A stretch of DNA of 63,917 nucleotides, the filler included. It is 5 parts of 5 records of this genome, joined end to end, with 100 filler letters (N's around TTAATTAATTAA, not from the genome) between each part and the next. Parts side by side here need not be neighbours in the genome. Positions count along the whole stretch, not along the records: positions 34,138 to 49,747 come from DRR723986_5237; 4 more parts are not named here. One strand, given 5' to 3'. Below are positions 38,831 through 48,163 of the stretch, one piece after another; the first letter of the stretch is position 1; every line of letters begins with the position of its first letter. Both the position numbers and the translations under genes were made by a program. Below the pieces are notes generated by a model. That model did not search any database and was not told the origin of the DNA. It saw only the letters and a list, made by a program, of their open reading frames with translations.

Positions 38831-40241
38831 CCGGACGGTTCCTGGCGAAAAGCAGGGGCAAAACGAACGTCGTGATATTGAGCTTCCGTTTTGCCACAAC
38901 CGCAAGGGCAGTGGCCTCAAAAAGGATCGCAAGACTTGTGGCAATGGCCGCTCCGGCAAGGCCGAGCAGCGGGATCAGAACAAGATTGAGGACGACATTG
39001 AGAACAAACGTCCCGGCATAAATGCCGGCGCAGGTGTTCTGGTGCCCTGTCATCGTCAGAAGCGCGTCGGCCGGACCGACGGATGCGCGCGCAAGCACGC
39101 CGATCATCAGGAGGGCGATCAGCTCGTAGCCGCTTTCAAAATCGCTGCCGAAAAGAGCAAGCAGAAGCGGCGCGATCAGAAGCAGCCCCACGCCCGCGGC
39201 CACAGACGGCCAGAAGGTCCAGAGAGTTGCCTGCCGCATGTAACCGGCAAGCCCCGAAAGATCCTGATTGTGAGTGTAGCTGGAGAAGCGATGCGCCGAG
39301 GCGGCCCTTACGGCAAAATAGACAAAATGCACCAGCGCCAGGGTTCTGGATGCAGCGAAATAGACCGCAACCTCGTCCGGATCCTGAAAGAAACTCACCA
39401 TGATCACGTCAGCACTGGTGATCAGCTGCAGAAAACCGTCGACCATCAGCATCGGCATGGACACCGCCAGCCAGGATCTGAACTCGACCTTGTACGGCCC
39501 CTTCGGAACGCTTGGACCCAGCCGCCTGCGAAGATGCAGGAACTGGTAAAGCGCGACCAGCGCCGTTGCCACGACGGCCACGATGGCAGCTGTCAGTGCA
39601 TCGGGCCGAAACCCGGCCAGAACGGCACCGACCAGCAGGAACAGGATCGCCAGCGGCCGCCAGATATAGGTTGGCAGCATTGCCAGCGACGACCAGTCGT
39701 AGCTGCGTGCGATACCGTCCTGCACCAATCCGAAGGCAAAGAAGGGCAGCGCCAGCAGGACGACCGACAAGGGCTGGAAATAGGACGTATCAATAAGCGG
39801 GCGAAACAGGGCGAGACAGCCGATGCCTATGACCGCCGCAGCACCCCCGAGAAAAAACGCCATTTGCCGGCTTGTGCGCAAGAACCCGCGCAGGCGCGCC
39901 ATATCCCGGTTCTGCTGATACTGCGGGATGAACCTGCTGGCAGAGGTGGAAAAGCCCCCGCAGGCCATGACGCCCAGAACGATCACGAAAGTCCAGGCAA
40001 CCGAATAGAGGCCATAGTCATGCGCCCCCAACAGGCGTGCGAGCACGATTTGCGACAGATAGGCGAGCGCTGCACCGGCGATCCGCACCGCAAAGGTCGA
40101 TACCGCCATCCGGCCCGCAGCGTGCCGTTCGCTTCCACTTCCCTTCAGGAACTCCAGGATCTGATCAGCACCTTTCCCCAATCCCAGAGGCGAGGCGATG
40201 CCTTGCAAACGCTTGGTCCAGGAGTTGGCGGAAAAACGCAC
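38820..40241 (-). CDS. polysaccharide flippase (Wzx-like/MOP family)
   Basis: LARLLGAHDYGLY, many TMs, LNLVLIPLLGLAGAAIAT; start uncertain (GTG 40241). Confidence 0.85.
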   Translation of the reverse strand: MRFSANSWTKRLQGIASPLGLGKGADQILEFLKGSGSERHAAGRMAVSTFAVRIAGAALAYLSQIVLARLLGAHDYGLYSVAWTFVIVLGVMACGGFSTSASRFIPQYQQNRDMARLRGFLRTSRQMAFFLGGAAAVIGIGCLALFRPLIDTSYFQPLSVVLLALPFFAFGLVQDGIARSYDWSSLAMLPTYIWRPLAILFLLVGAVLAGFRPDALTAAIVAVVATALVALYQFLHLRRRLGPSVPKGPYKVEFRSWLAVSMPMLMVDGFLQLITSADVIMVSFFQDPDEVAVYFAASRTLALVHFVYFAVRAASAHRFSSYTHNQDLSGLAGYMRQATLWTFWPSVAAGVGLLLIAPLLLALFGSDFESGYELIALLMIGVLARASVGPADALLTMTGHQNTCAGIYAGTFVLNVVLNLVLIPLLGLAGAAIATSLAILFEATALAVVAKRKLNITTFVLPLLFARNRPVDQ

Positions 40242-40671
40242 GTAGGGGTCCCTTATGAGTACTCTTCCGTATTTGTGACATGAGTGACTTAATATTCTAT
40301 GGCGATCAGTCAAACGCAGCCAGCAACGTTTCACAGATGTGTGAGGACGATGGAAAGTTGGTCAAGACGTTGATTTTACCTTCTATCCTGCCAATTCCGT
40401 TCTCAGCGTTCGGACATCCATGAAGACAGCCTCCCTGCTTGACACCGGCACCGGGAATCATGCTAATGAGAACAAATAGAGAACGAGATTCGATTCGACC
40501 CTGTCGACCACCCTCGGCTGACCCTGCCGCGGGCTTTCCCGATCTCCTTGTTGCGGATGTTGAGGGCTGCCTCCCCTTCTATCTGCAAATTGGTCCGGTC
40601 CCTGCTCCCGCCGCCAATCGCAGGGACCGGACGATTTTTTTCAAAGTCAAAAATGAAGACAGCCAGCCGAC

Positions 40672-41070
40672 CTATTCAGGCACGGCTTCCACGTAATACC
40701 AACGACCGCTTTTCTTGCGAAAACGGCTCAGTTCGCGGTGTACGTGAAGCTTGCCGGCGGACAGGTATTTTGCCTCGAAAAGAACGGTGCCGTCCCTGTC
40801 GGCAGGCCCGCCCTTGTCGGTGGCCAACACACTGAGGCCCGTCCAGTGGCTTTCCGCCGCCCAGCGCGCGGTGCCTTGCGCATCGAAACTCGGCTGATAC
40901 TTCGGCCAGAGCGTTTCCTTCAGATACGGAATGAGTTGCCGGACGTAAGCACTGTAACGCGAGCGCATCAAGGCCTCTGCGGTTTCAGGCAGGGCCTTTC
41001 CGGCAAGATAAGGTTCACAGCACAGATCGAACCCCTTGCCGCTGCCACAGGGGCATCCCTCTCCGCTCAT
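40672..41070 (-). CDS. ychJ: YchJ family SEC-C metal-binding protein
   Basis: CPCGSG...CC, TAEALMRSRYSAY, GTVLFEA, E.SRF..GRWYY. Confidence 0.92.
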   Translation of the reverse strand: MSGEGCPCGSGKGFDLCCEPYLAGKALPETAEALMRSRYSAYVRQLIPYLKETLWPKYQPSFDAQGTARWAAESHWTGLSVLATDKGGPADRDGTVLFEAKYLSAGKLHVHRELSRFRKKSGRWYYVEAVPE

Positions 41071-41179
41071 TTGCCTCTCCCCGTCTTTGGTTGGCTCATT
41101 CCTGCATCTGCGCTCTCTACCACTTGGCCCGATGCGCGGCTATGGTTTCAGGTACGCTTTCCAGCTTCGGGCCTGCTGA

Positions 41180-42151
41180 ATGAGACTTGCCACTTTCAAC
41201 ATGGAATCCTTTGGTGCGGACCGGCACGATCCGGACGCACTGACACCCCGGTTGGACGCGCTTCGGCCAAAGATTCTGGAGCTTGAGGCCGACATCCTTT
41301 GTCTGCAGGAAGTCAACGCGCAGAAACGGAAAGGTGTCTCAGCACGGCAGTTCCAGGCGTTGGAACTTCTTCTGGAGGGAACGCCGTACGAGAGATTTCA
41401 CCGGGCAACCAGCGAACGACCTTCGGGGAAAGGTCCCGGCGACCGCCATAACCTGGTGGTTCTCTCCCGCTTTCCGATAACCAGGTGCTTAAGTCTTTAC
41501 CAGGCACATGCCCACCCGCCGCACTGGCAGCCTAAAACCGCCGTACCGGCCTATCGCAGCCCGCAGACGATCCTGTTCGACAGGCCCGTTCTGCAGGTGG
41601 AAATCGACATCGGCACCGGCCGCCCCCTGCACGTCTTCTGCGTTCATTTGCGGGCGCCTATCGCTGCGATGATACGCGGCGGCAAGGCAGAGGACCGCAC
41701 GTGGACATCCGTTTCCGCATGGGCGGAAGGGTATCAGCTATCAGTGTTGAAACAGACCGCTCAGGCACTCGAACTGCGTCTTGCCGTGGAAGACCTTTTC
41801 GATGCAAGCGAAGATAGCCAGATCGTCCTGGCGGGTGATTTCAACGCGACCGGGGAAACCGGAACCTTGAGGCTGCTGCGCGCCGACCCGGACGACACCT
41901 GTTCGCCGCAACTTGCCGCGCGCCGCCTCTACCAGCTGGACGCTTCATTGCCGCCGGAAAAGCGCCAGACCGTCATTCACAAGGGCAAGGGACAGGCGCT
42001 GGACCACATTCTGGCCAGCGCATCCGTCGCCCACCGAACGGTTGACTTCAAGGTGTTCAATGTCGGTCTTCCGGATGAAGTCTTCGACGCGGATGAAGAC
42101 GCCTATGCCGGATCCTTCCACGCCGCGATGCTGGCCGAGTTCGAGTTTTAA
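41180..42151 (+). CDS. endonuclease/exonuclease/phosphatase family protein
   Basis: RLATFNME, ADILCLQEV, VHL, AGDFN, LDHIL, SFH. Confidence 0.88.
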   Translation: MRLATFNMESFGADRHDPDALTPRLDALRPKILELEADILCLQEVNAQKRKGVSARQFQALELLLEGTPYERFHRATSERPSGKGPGDRHNLVVLSRFPITRCLSLYQAHAHPPHWQPKTAVPAYRSPQTILFDRPVLQVEIDIGTGRPLHVFCVHLRAPIAAMIRGGKAEDRTWTSVSAWAEGYQLSVLKQTAQALELRLAVEDLFDASEDSQIVLAGDFNATGETGTLRLLRADPDDTCSPQLAARRLYQLDASLPPEKRQTVIHKGKGQALDHILASASVAHRTVDFKVFNVGLPDEVFDADEDAYAGSFHAAMLAEFEF

Positions 42152-42181
42152 GGGACCAGTGGCAAATCTTGCGGTGCCCCT

Positions 42182-42256
42182 AGACCACGTCCTGACGAGG
42201 CACGAGACGCAGTCTCGAAGGACGGGCTTCGTGCCCCACCCCTTGCAACGAGGTCT
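42182..42256. repeat. palindromic intergenic element (Rhizobiales RPE-like)
   Basis: Nested stems AGACC/GGTCT, CGTCCT/AGGACG, CGAGAC/GTCTCG with a GTCTCGAAGGA core, between convergent genes. Confidence 0.5.
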
Positions 42257-42272
42257 GGTGTAGCAAAGAACC

Positions 42273-42638
42273 TCAGGGTGCCAGGGATTCGATGTAGCTG
42301 GCAAGATTGGCGATTTCGATGTTGCCGAGGGTCATGTTCGGCATTTGCGGATGGGGATCGGCAAGGAAGGTCGCAAGTTTTTCTTCCGTCCAGCCGGGAT
42401 CCTTCGCAATGTCGTAAAAGCTTGGCAGCGACGCGCTGGAGGCGCGATCCTGGTCTTCGGACACGAGGTGGCAGGCAGAGCACCATTGCAGCGCCAGCGC
42501 TTTGCCGGCGGCGGCATCGCCCGCCTCGGCTGCACTCGTACCGAAGAGGGCGGCGACAGCCAGAAGAGTGGCCCCGCCCAGGAATGATCGCACACCCGAA
42601 TGGAGACGCGGTTTCGAAACGGCAATTGCCTTGCTCAT
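42273..42638 (-). CDS. small c-type cytochrome
   Basis: Signal peptide, GDAAAGK, CSACH heme motif, distal HPQMP Met. Confidence 0.9.
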   Translation of the reverse strand: MSKAIAVSKPRLHSGVRSFLGGATLLAVAALFGTSAAEAGDAAAGKALALQWCSACHLVSEDQDRASSASLPSFYDIAKDPGWTEEKLATFLADPHPQMPNMTLGNIEIANLASYIESLAP

Positions 42639-42718
42639 GAATCCTCCTTCAACCAGTCGCGTTCTGGCCCACGTGCAGCTTGTCCCTTCAAGACTGCAGC
42701 CTATCTGATCATCTAGCC

Positions 42719-42732
42719 TTGCGCTGAATCAA
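42719..42732. promoter_or_regulatory. FNR/FixK-like box upstream of cytochrome c
   Basis: TTGCG-CTGA-ATCAA versus consensus TTGAT-N4-ATCAA, about 80 nt upstream of the cytochrome start. Confidence 0.5.
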
Positions 42733-42826
42733 GAACGACTTAAAGTTGTCGGACAGAGCGCCACGCCCGTTGCGCGTCCTGCCCTCCACTTGCCAACTCC
42801 CGCCATCCAGGCGACCGGAGAGACAC

Positions 42827-44572
42827 ATGAAACATCTTCTCAAATCCAGCTTTGCCGCGGTTTCCCTGGCGACCGCTCTTGTTGTCGGCATCGCGGCACC
42901 TCTCGCCGCGCAGGATTCGCCGATCTATTCGCTGAAAGACCGCTTCCAGCCTGAAACGGCGCAGAACGGCATGGTTGCCAGCCAGGAAGCCGTCGCAAGC
43001 CGCGTCGGTGTCGACATCCTGAAGAAAGGTGGCAACGCAGTCGATGCCGCCATTGCCACCGGCTTCGCACTTGCCGTCACGCTGCCACGCGCTGGCAACC
43101 TGGGGGGCGGTGGTTTCATGATGATCCACCTGGCGGACAGCGGCGACACCAAGGCGCTCGACTATCGGGAAATGGCACCTGCCGCAGCCTTCAAGGATAT
43201 GTTCCTTGGAGAAGACGGTGAACCCGATAACCAGAAATCCCGCTTTTCCGGTCTTGCTGTCGGTGTGCCGGGCACGGTCGCCGGCTTTGCCGAAGCCTTT
43301 GAAAAACACGGCAGCGGCAAGCTGACCTGGGCAGAGCTGGTCGCACCTGCCATTGGCCTTGCGGAAAACGGCATCGAAGTGACACCGGATCTCGCGGCAT
43401 CGCTGACCGCATCCGCAAAACGCCTTCTTCAGGACCCGGCTACCGCCGCGATCTTCTACAAGACCGGCGGCCTGCCGTTCGTACCGGGCGAGACACTCAA
43501 GCAGACGGATCTTGCCGCAACGCTGAAACTGATCGCCGACAAGGGGGCAGCCGGGTTCTACACCGGTGAAGTTGCCGAAAAGATCGCACAGAAGGTGACC
43601 GCCTCCGGAGGCGGCATGACCACGGAAGACCTGGCCGGATACAAACCCGTCTGGCGCGACCCCGTCGTGGGCAGCTACCACGGCTATGAAATCGCATCGA
43701 TGCCACCACCGTCTTCCGGCGGCGTACACATCGTGCAGATCCTCAACATGCTGCAGGGCTATCCGCTTGCCGAATATGGTCCGAACTCCGCTGACAGCAT
43801 CCACGTGATGACCGAAACCATGCGGCGCGCCTACGCGGACCGCTCCAAGTATCTGGGCGACCCGGATTTTGTCGATGTTCCGGTAAAGGGTTTGACCGAT
43901 CCGGCTTATGCCGCTGAACTGGTGAAATCCATCAAGATGGATGTGGCAACGCCTTCCGAAGAGGTGAAGCCCGGCGATCCTTTCCCCTATGAAAGCAACC
44001 AGACCACGCATTATTCCGTTGTCGACAAGGACGGCAATGCGGTCTCCAACACCTACACGCTGAACTTCTCCTACGGCGTCGGCCTGACCGCCGACGGTAC
44101 GGGTGTCTTGCTCAACAATGAACTGGACGACTTTTCCGCAAAGCCCGGCGTGCCCAACGCCTATGGCCTCATCGGCGGAACGGCCAACGCTGTCGAGGGC
44201 GGCAAGCGGCCACTTTCGTCCATGAGCCCGACGTTGGTGTTCAAGGACGGCAAGCTGTTCCTCGCAACCGGTTCGCCCGGCGGCAGCCGTATCATCACCA
44301 CCACGCTGCAAATCATCCTCAACGTCGTCGATCACGGGATGAACATCGCCGAGGCGACGGCTGCTCCGCGCATCCACAATCAGTGGCTGCCGGATGAGAT
44401 CCGCATCGAGGAAGGTCTTTCTCCGGACACGATCCGCTTGCTGGAAGCCCGTGGGCACAAGGTGGAAGTCAAGAACGCCATGGGGTCGACCCAGTCGATC
44501 ATGCTCGTTGACGGTGTTCTGGCGGGGGCTTCCGACCCGCGGCGCCCCGGTGCACTTTCCGCCGGCTACTGA
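42827..44572 (+). CDS. ggt: gamma-glutamyltransferase
   Basis: GGNAVDAA, GGGGFM, TTHYSVVD autocatalytic Thr, LNNELDDFS, RPLSSMSPT, GSPGG. Confidence 0.96.
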   Translation: MKHLLKSSFAAVSLATALVVGIAAPLAAQDSPIYSLKDRFQPETAQNGMVASQEAVASRVGVDILKKGGNAVDAAIATGFALAVTLPRAGNLGGGGFMMIHLADSGDTKALDYREMAPAAAFKDMFLGEDGEPDNQKSRFSGLAVGVPGTVAGFAEAFEKHGSGKLTWAELVAPAIGLAENGIEVTPDLAASLTASAKRLLQDPATAAIFYKTGGLPFVPGETLKQTDLAATLKLIADKGAAGFYTGEVAEKIAQKVTASGGGMTTEDLAGYKPVWRDPVVGSYHGYEIASMPPPSSGGVHIVQILNMLQGYPLAEYGPNSADSIHVMTETMRRAYADRSKYLGDPDFVDVPVKGLTDPAYAAELVKSIKMDVATPSEEVKPGDPFPYESNQTTHYSVVDKDGNAVSNTYTLNFSYGVGLTADGTGVLLNNELDDFSAKPGVPNAYGLIGGTANAVEGGKRPLSSMSPTLVFKDGKLFLATGSPGGSRIITTTLQIILNVVDHGMNIAEATAAPRIHNQWLPDEIRIEEGLSPDTIRLLEARGHKVEVKNAMGSTQSIMLVDGVLAGASDPRRPGALSAGY

Positions 44573-44596
44573 GGCATAAACAGCCTCCGCATTACC

Positions 44597-44625
44597 CCGG
44601 GCGCTTTAGGAGCGCCCGGATTTTT
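44597..44625 (+). terminator. intrinsic terminator of ggt
   Basis: CCGGGCGCT-TTAGG-AGCGCCCGG-ATTTTT. Confidence 0.8.
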
Positions 44626-44646
44626 ATATGAAGCTCCGGTCGAGGA

Positions 44647-45204
44647 TTACTTTCTCGACCCTGTTTCTGTCGCCATTGCAATCAGCTGCGCAAAGCGCCG
44701 ATCGAGGGCAACACGCTCATCTGCCGGCATATCCGGCCAGACAATCTGGCTGCCGACAAAAGCCGCGTATTCGATTTTAGCAACATCTGCTGCAAGCGCA
44801 GGCTCCATCCCTCCGGCTTCGTAGAGCCGCGCGACAAACCCGGTTCGCAAATCATCGACGTCCCGGACGATCTCCTGCGCCCGAAGGTCTGATTGCGCGA
44901 ATTGGCGCACGGCCTGCTCCAGTCGGTGGTCCAGACGATTGGCGAGATCCGACAGCTTCCGCGCCCGCATCTCCCCTTTTTCGGCCAGCGCCTGTTCGGC
45001 AATGTCGAGCGTGTGCCGCTGTTTCCAGGCAAGCATCAGGGCTTCGACGAAAGCCCCGTGATCCTGAAAATGGTGATAGAACGAGCCACGCGTGCGGTCT
45101 GCTGCGGTGCAGAGAGCCTCGATGGTCAGTCCCGCCGGCCCATCCTTTGCAAGCTGCGTCAGACCGAGATCAAGCCAGTCCGATTTTCCGAAACGCTTCC
45201 TCAG
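44647..45204 (-). CDS. TetR family transcriptional regulator (apparent CTG start)
   Basis: Frame extends 56 codons upstream of ATG 45036 and encodes the HTH (GLTIEALC...TRGSFYHHF); the only plausible in-frame start is CTG at 45204. Confidence 0.8.
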   Translation of the reverse strand: MRKRFGKSDWLDLGLTQLAKDGPAGLTIEALCTAADRTRGSFYHHFQDHGAFVEALMLAWKQRHTLDIAEQALAEKGEMRARKLSDLANRLDHRLEQAVRQFAQSDLRAQEIVRDVDDLRTGFVARLYEAGGMEPALAADVAKIEYAAFVGSQIVWPDMPADERVALDRRFAQLIAMATETGSRK

Positions 45205-45205
45205 G

Positions 45206-45586
45206 TCAACTCACTCCGCCCAGAATACCAAGACCACCCAGCAGAACAATCGGCAGAAACAGCCAGCCCTGCGGCATCTGGCTGTATTTCTGCTTCTTCA
45301 GCGGTGGCACTGCAAGGCCCAGCAGACAGAAAGAAGCTGTCAACACGGTCGCCACCAAGCCAAGATCGAGGCTTTCAGCCCGCACACCTGCGACGGCAAA
45401 CATGACGGCAATCATTGCCAGAACGATTGTCACGATATGCCAGCAGTAATAGGCGACATATTTCGGCACCGGGTGCAGATCCGACGCTTTCAGCAGCGGT
45501 ACGGCGATCGTCCGCCCCCCTGCGAATGTATGCAGCAAGCAGACGGCAGCCGAAAGACCCGCGGCTGCAAGCAATAGACCATTCAT
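45206..45586 (-). CDS. small multi-TM membrane protein
   Basis: GGAGG RBS before ATG 45586; hydrophobic; LHTFAGG, CWHIVT, PQGWLF. Confidence 0.75.
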   Translation of the reverse strand: MNGLLLAAAGLSAAVCLLHTFAGGRTIAVPLLKASDLHPVPKYVAYYCWHIVTIVLAMIAVMFAVAGVRAESLDLGLVATVLTASFCLLGLAVPPLKKQKYSQMPQGWLFLPIVLLGGLGILGGVS

Positions 45587-45607
45587 TTCACTACGCCTCC
45601 AAAACAA

Positions 45608-45625
45608 ACCATAACATATGGTATG
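45608..45625. promoter_or_regulatory. putative TetR operator
   Basis: Palindrome ACCATA-ACA-TATGGT with overlapping CATA-N8-TATG, just upstream of the membrane protein-tetR pair. Confidence 0.45.
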
Positions 45626-45823
45626 CTTTCATGAACTGACCTGACTGGAAATGCGGCGGTGAGTCACAGCCCCAGCCTTCTCGTTCCGATCGGCCCCTTC
45701 TTCGCCTTGGCTGTGTCCGCCCTTGAGGCCCGCCCTGACCGGTGAGCATCTGTCGACGACATTGAGCGTACCGGCCGCGGAGCAACCGGCGAGAACTGTG
45801 ATCGAATATTACAGCCCCTCCGA

Positions 45824-45897
45824 TTGACAGCACAAAACCTCGGTGCTAGCGCTATCCAAAGCGCTTTGGAGGAACTTTTCAAAAGAAAGCGCTTTCT
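45824..45897 (+). promoter_or_regulatory. thuA promoter with two LacI-family (ThuR/AglR-like) operators
   Basis: TTGACA(45824)-N17-TAGCGC; perfect palindromes TCCAAAGCGCTTTGGA (45855-45870) and AGAAAGCGCTTTCT (45884-45897). Confidence 0.7.
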
Positions 45898-45950
45898 ATC
45901 CTTAGCTCGCCAACAATTCTGCCAACATCTGAAGAACGGGAGAGGCTGAA

Positions 45951-46736
45951 ATGCCGATCAGAGCCGTGGTCTGGGGCGAAAACGTCCATGAACAGCACAA
46001 CAAGATCGTCGCAGGTGTCTATCCGGACGGCATGCACCAGTGCATTGCCGATACGCTGAACACCGATCCCGAAATCACCGCCACCACCGCCACCTTGCAG
46101 GAACCCGAACACGGCTTGACGAAGGAACGCCTTGCCGAAACGGATGTGCTGTTGTGGTGGGGTCACGCTGCCCATGGCGACGTTTCCGACGAAGTGGTGG
46201 AGCGCGTCTGCGACGCCGTCTGGTCCGGCATGGGCATGGTGTTTCTGCATTCGGCCCATTTCGCCAAGCCGTTCAAACGCCTGATGGGCAGCCCGTGCAA
46301 TCTCACCTGGCGCGAGGCCGGGGAGCGCGAGCGCCTGTGGGTGACCAGCCGCAACCATCCGATCACCAACGGTCTTCCCGACAGCTTCGAGCTGGAGATG
46401 GAAGAAATGTACGGTGAGCCCTTCGGTGTGCCGGAACCGCTGGAGACGGTCTTCATCAGCTGGTTCCAGGGCGGCGAGGTTTTCCGCTCGGGCCTCACCT
46501 ACAAGCGCGGCGCGGGCAACGTCTTCTACTTCCGCCCGGGGCACGAAACCTATCCGACATATCACAACACCCATGTGCAGACGGTTCTGAAGAACGGCGT
46601 CAAATGGGCGTTCAACCCGATGGCCCGGATCGCCGATCCGAACATTGCGCCCAATGTTCCGGTGGAAGCGGCTCCCGAAAAGATCGAGGAACGCGGCCCG
46701 AAGCTGCACGCCGACGGCGAAGAAGGTTTCCGCTGA
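45951..46736 (+). CDS. thuA: trehalose utilization protein ThuA
   Basis: VWGENVHE, DVLLWWGH, LHSAHF, EEMYGEPF, YFRPGHETYP. Confidence 0.92.
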   Translation: MPIRAVVWGENVHEQHNKIVAGVYPDGMHQCIADTLNTDPEITATTATLQEPEHGLTKERLAETDVLLWWGHAAHGDVSDEVVERVCDAVWSGMGMVFLHSAHFAKPFKRLMGSPCNLTWREAGERERLWVTSRNHPITNGLPDSFELEMEEMYGEPFGVPEPLETVFISWFQGGEVFRSGLTYKRGAGNVFYFRPGHETYPTYHNTHVQTVLKNGVKWAFNPMARIADPNIAPNVPVEAAPEKIEERGPKLHADGEEGFR

Positions 46737-46806
46737 TCCACTTTCCCTTCCGGACCGGCAGACTTTCGCCGGTCCGCCCTGCCTTCAAACGCTGAGGAAG
46801 ATCCCC

Positions 46807-47874
46807 GTGACCTCTGCTGCACACCCTCTCCGGATCCTGATAGTCGGCACCGGCAACATGGCGCGTACCCATGCGGATGCCTTTTCAAGGATCGACGGCG
46901 TTGAAATCGTCGGCGGCGTCGACCAGCGGCCGGACGTGCTCACCCAGTTCTGCGACACCTTCGCCATTCCGAACCGCTTCGCAACGCTGGAAGAGGCAAT
47001 TGCCTGGGGCGAATTTGACGCTGCGGCCAACGTGACGCCGGACGCGGCGCACCATCCGACCACGATGGCCCTGATGACCGCGGGCAAGCACGTTTTGTGT
47101 GAAAAGCCGCTGGCGACCAACGCTGCCGACGCCCGGGAGATGGCGGATCTCGCCCGCACGAAGAAGCTGATCGGCATGGTCAACCTGAGTTATCGCAATG
47201 TTGCCGTGCTGCAAAAGGCCGCCGAGCTGGTTGCGGGTGGTGCCATCGGTGCGCTTCGTCACTTCGAGGCTTCCTACCTGCAAAGCTGGCTGACACAGCC
47301 GGCGTGGGGGGACTGGAAGACCGAGAGCCAGTGGCTCTGGCGCCTGTCGAGCGCGCACGGTTCCAAGGGCGTTCTCGGCGATGTCGGCATCCATATCCTA
47401 GACTTCGTCATCTTCGCCGCCGGCAGCCCGGTGAGCGAACTTTCCTGCCGGCTGAAGACCTTCGACAAGGCAGAGGGCGGCAGGATCGGCGAATACACGC
47501 TCGACGCCAACGACAGCGCCACCCTGCAGGCCGAGCTGGAAAACAGTGCGCTCGGCACGATCAGCGCCACCAGGTTTGCCTCCGGCCATCTGAACGACCT
47601 GCGCCTGCGCCTTTATGGCGACAAGGGCGGCCTGGAAGTGCGTTTCGAGAAGGGCATCGAAGGCCTGCGCATCTGCCAGGGCGAAGATCTTTCTTCTGCG
47701 ACCTGGACCGACATCGAAGTTGGCGCTGTTCCGACAGTCTACCAGCGGTTTGCCGCCGCTATCCTGACCGGGGCTCCGGCCGACCCGGATTTCGAACACG
47801 GCGCGCGGCTTCAGGTCGCCCTCGACCTTGCCGAACGCTCACACGCTGAAAACGGCTGTTTTCTGAAAGTCTGA
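46807..47874 (+). CDS. Gfo/Idh/MocA oxidoreductase (ThuB-like)
   Basis: IVGTGNMA, HVLCEKPLA, GVLGDVGIHILD; follows thuA; GAGG RBS before GTG 46807. Confidence 0.88.
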   Translation: MTSAAHPLRILIVGTGNMARTHADAFSRIDGVEIVGGVDQRPDVLTQFCDTFAIPNRFATLEEAIAWGEFDAAANVTPDAAHHPTTMALMTAGKHVLCEKPLATNAADAREMADLARTKKLIGMVNLSYRNVAVLQKAAELVAGGAIGALRHFEASYLQSWLTQPAWGDWKTESQWLWRLSSAHGSKGVLGDVGIHILDFVIFAAGSPVSELSCRLKTFDKAEGGRIGEYTLDANDSATLQAELENSALGTISATRFASGHLNDLRLRLYGDKGGLEVRFEKGIEGLRICQGEDLSSATWTDIEVGAVPTVYQRFAAAILTGAPADPDFEHGARLQVALDLAERSHAENGCFLKV

Positions 47875-47932
47875 GGCTGACGTCATGAGAAATGTGAGCG
47901 GAGCCGCTCGTTAAAGCCTCGCTCACACGCCT

Positions 47933-48075
47933 CCCTCTCGATCGTCATGCCGGACGCAGCGACGCGAATTTTCGGGATCGGAGAGCGCCAAATAGGCAGC
48001 ATCAAGAAACAGGAGAGGCTCTTTCCTCCCCGGTCCCGGCTCGCGCTACGCTTGGCCGGGACGACGATGGAGAGA
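47933..48075. repeat. Rhizobiales-type palindromic repeat element
   Basis: CGTCATGCCGG ... GTCCCGGCTCGCGCTACGCTTGGCCGGGACGACG, with complementary ends CTCTC..ATCGTC / GACGAT..GAGAG. Confidence 0.65.
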
Positions 48076-48163
48076 CTGGAGAAGGACGACAGGCTGGTCG
48101 GAGGTATCAACCTATCCAAGCCCAGCCTTCTCGGCCTGCATGGAGCCTGACCTGTCTGCCGGC

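Noticed and set aside
38475-40283. 602-aa plus-strand ORF
   Set aside because: Antisense to the flippase and GNAT genes; Arg/Gln/His-rich shadow typical of high-GC DNA
42740-44458. 572-aa minus-strand ORF
   Set aside because: Antisense shadow of ggt with no recognisable motifs
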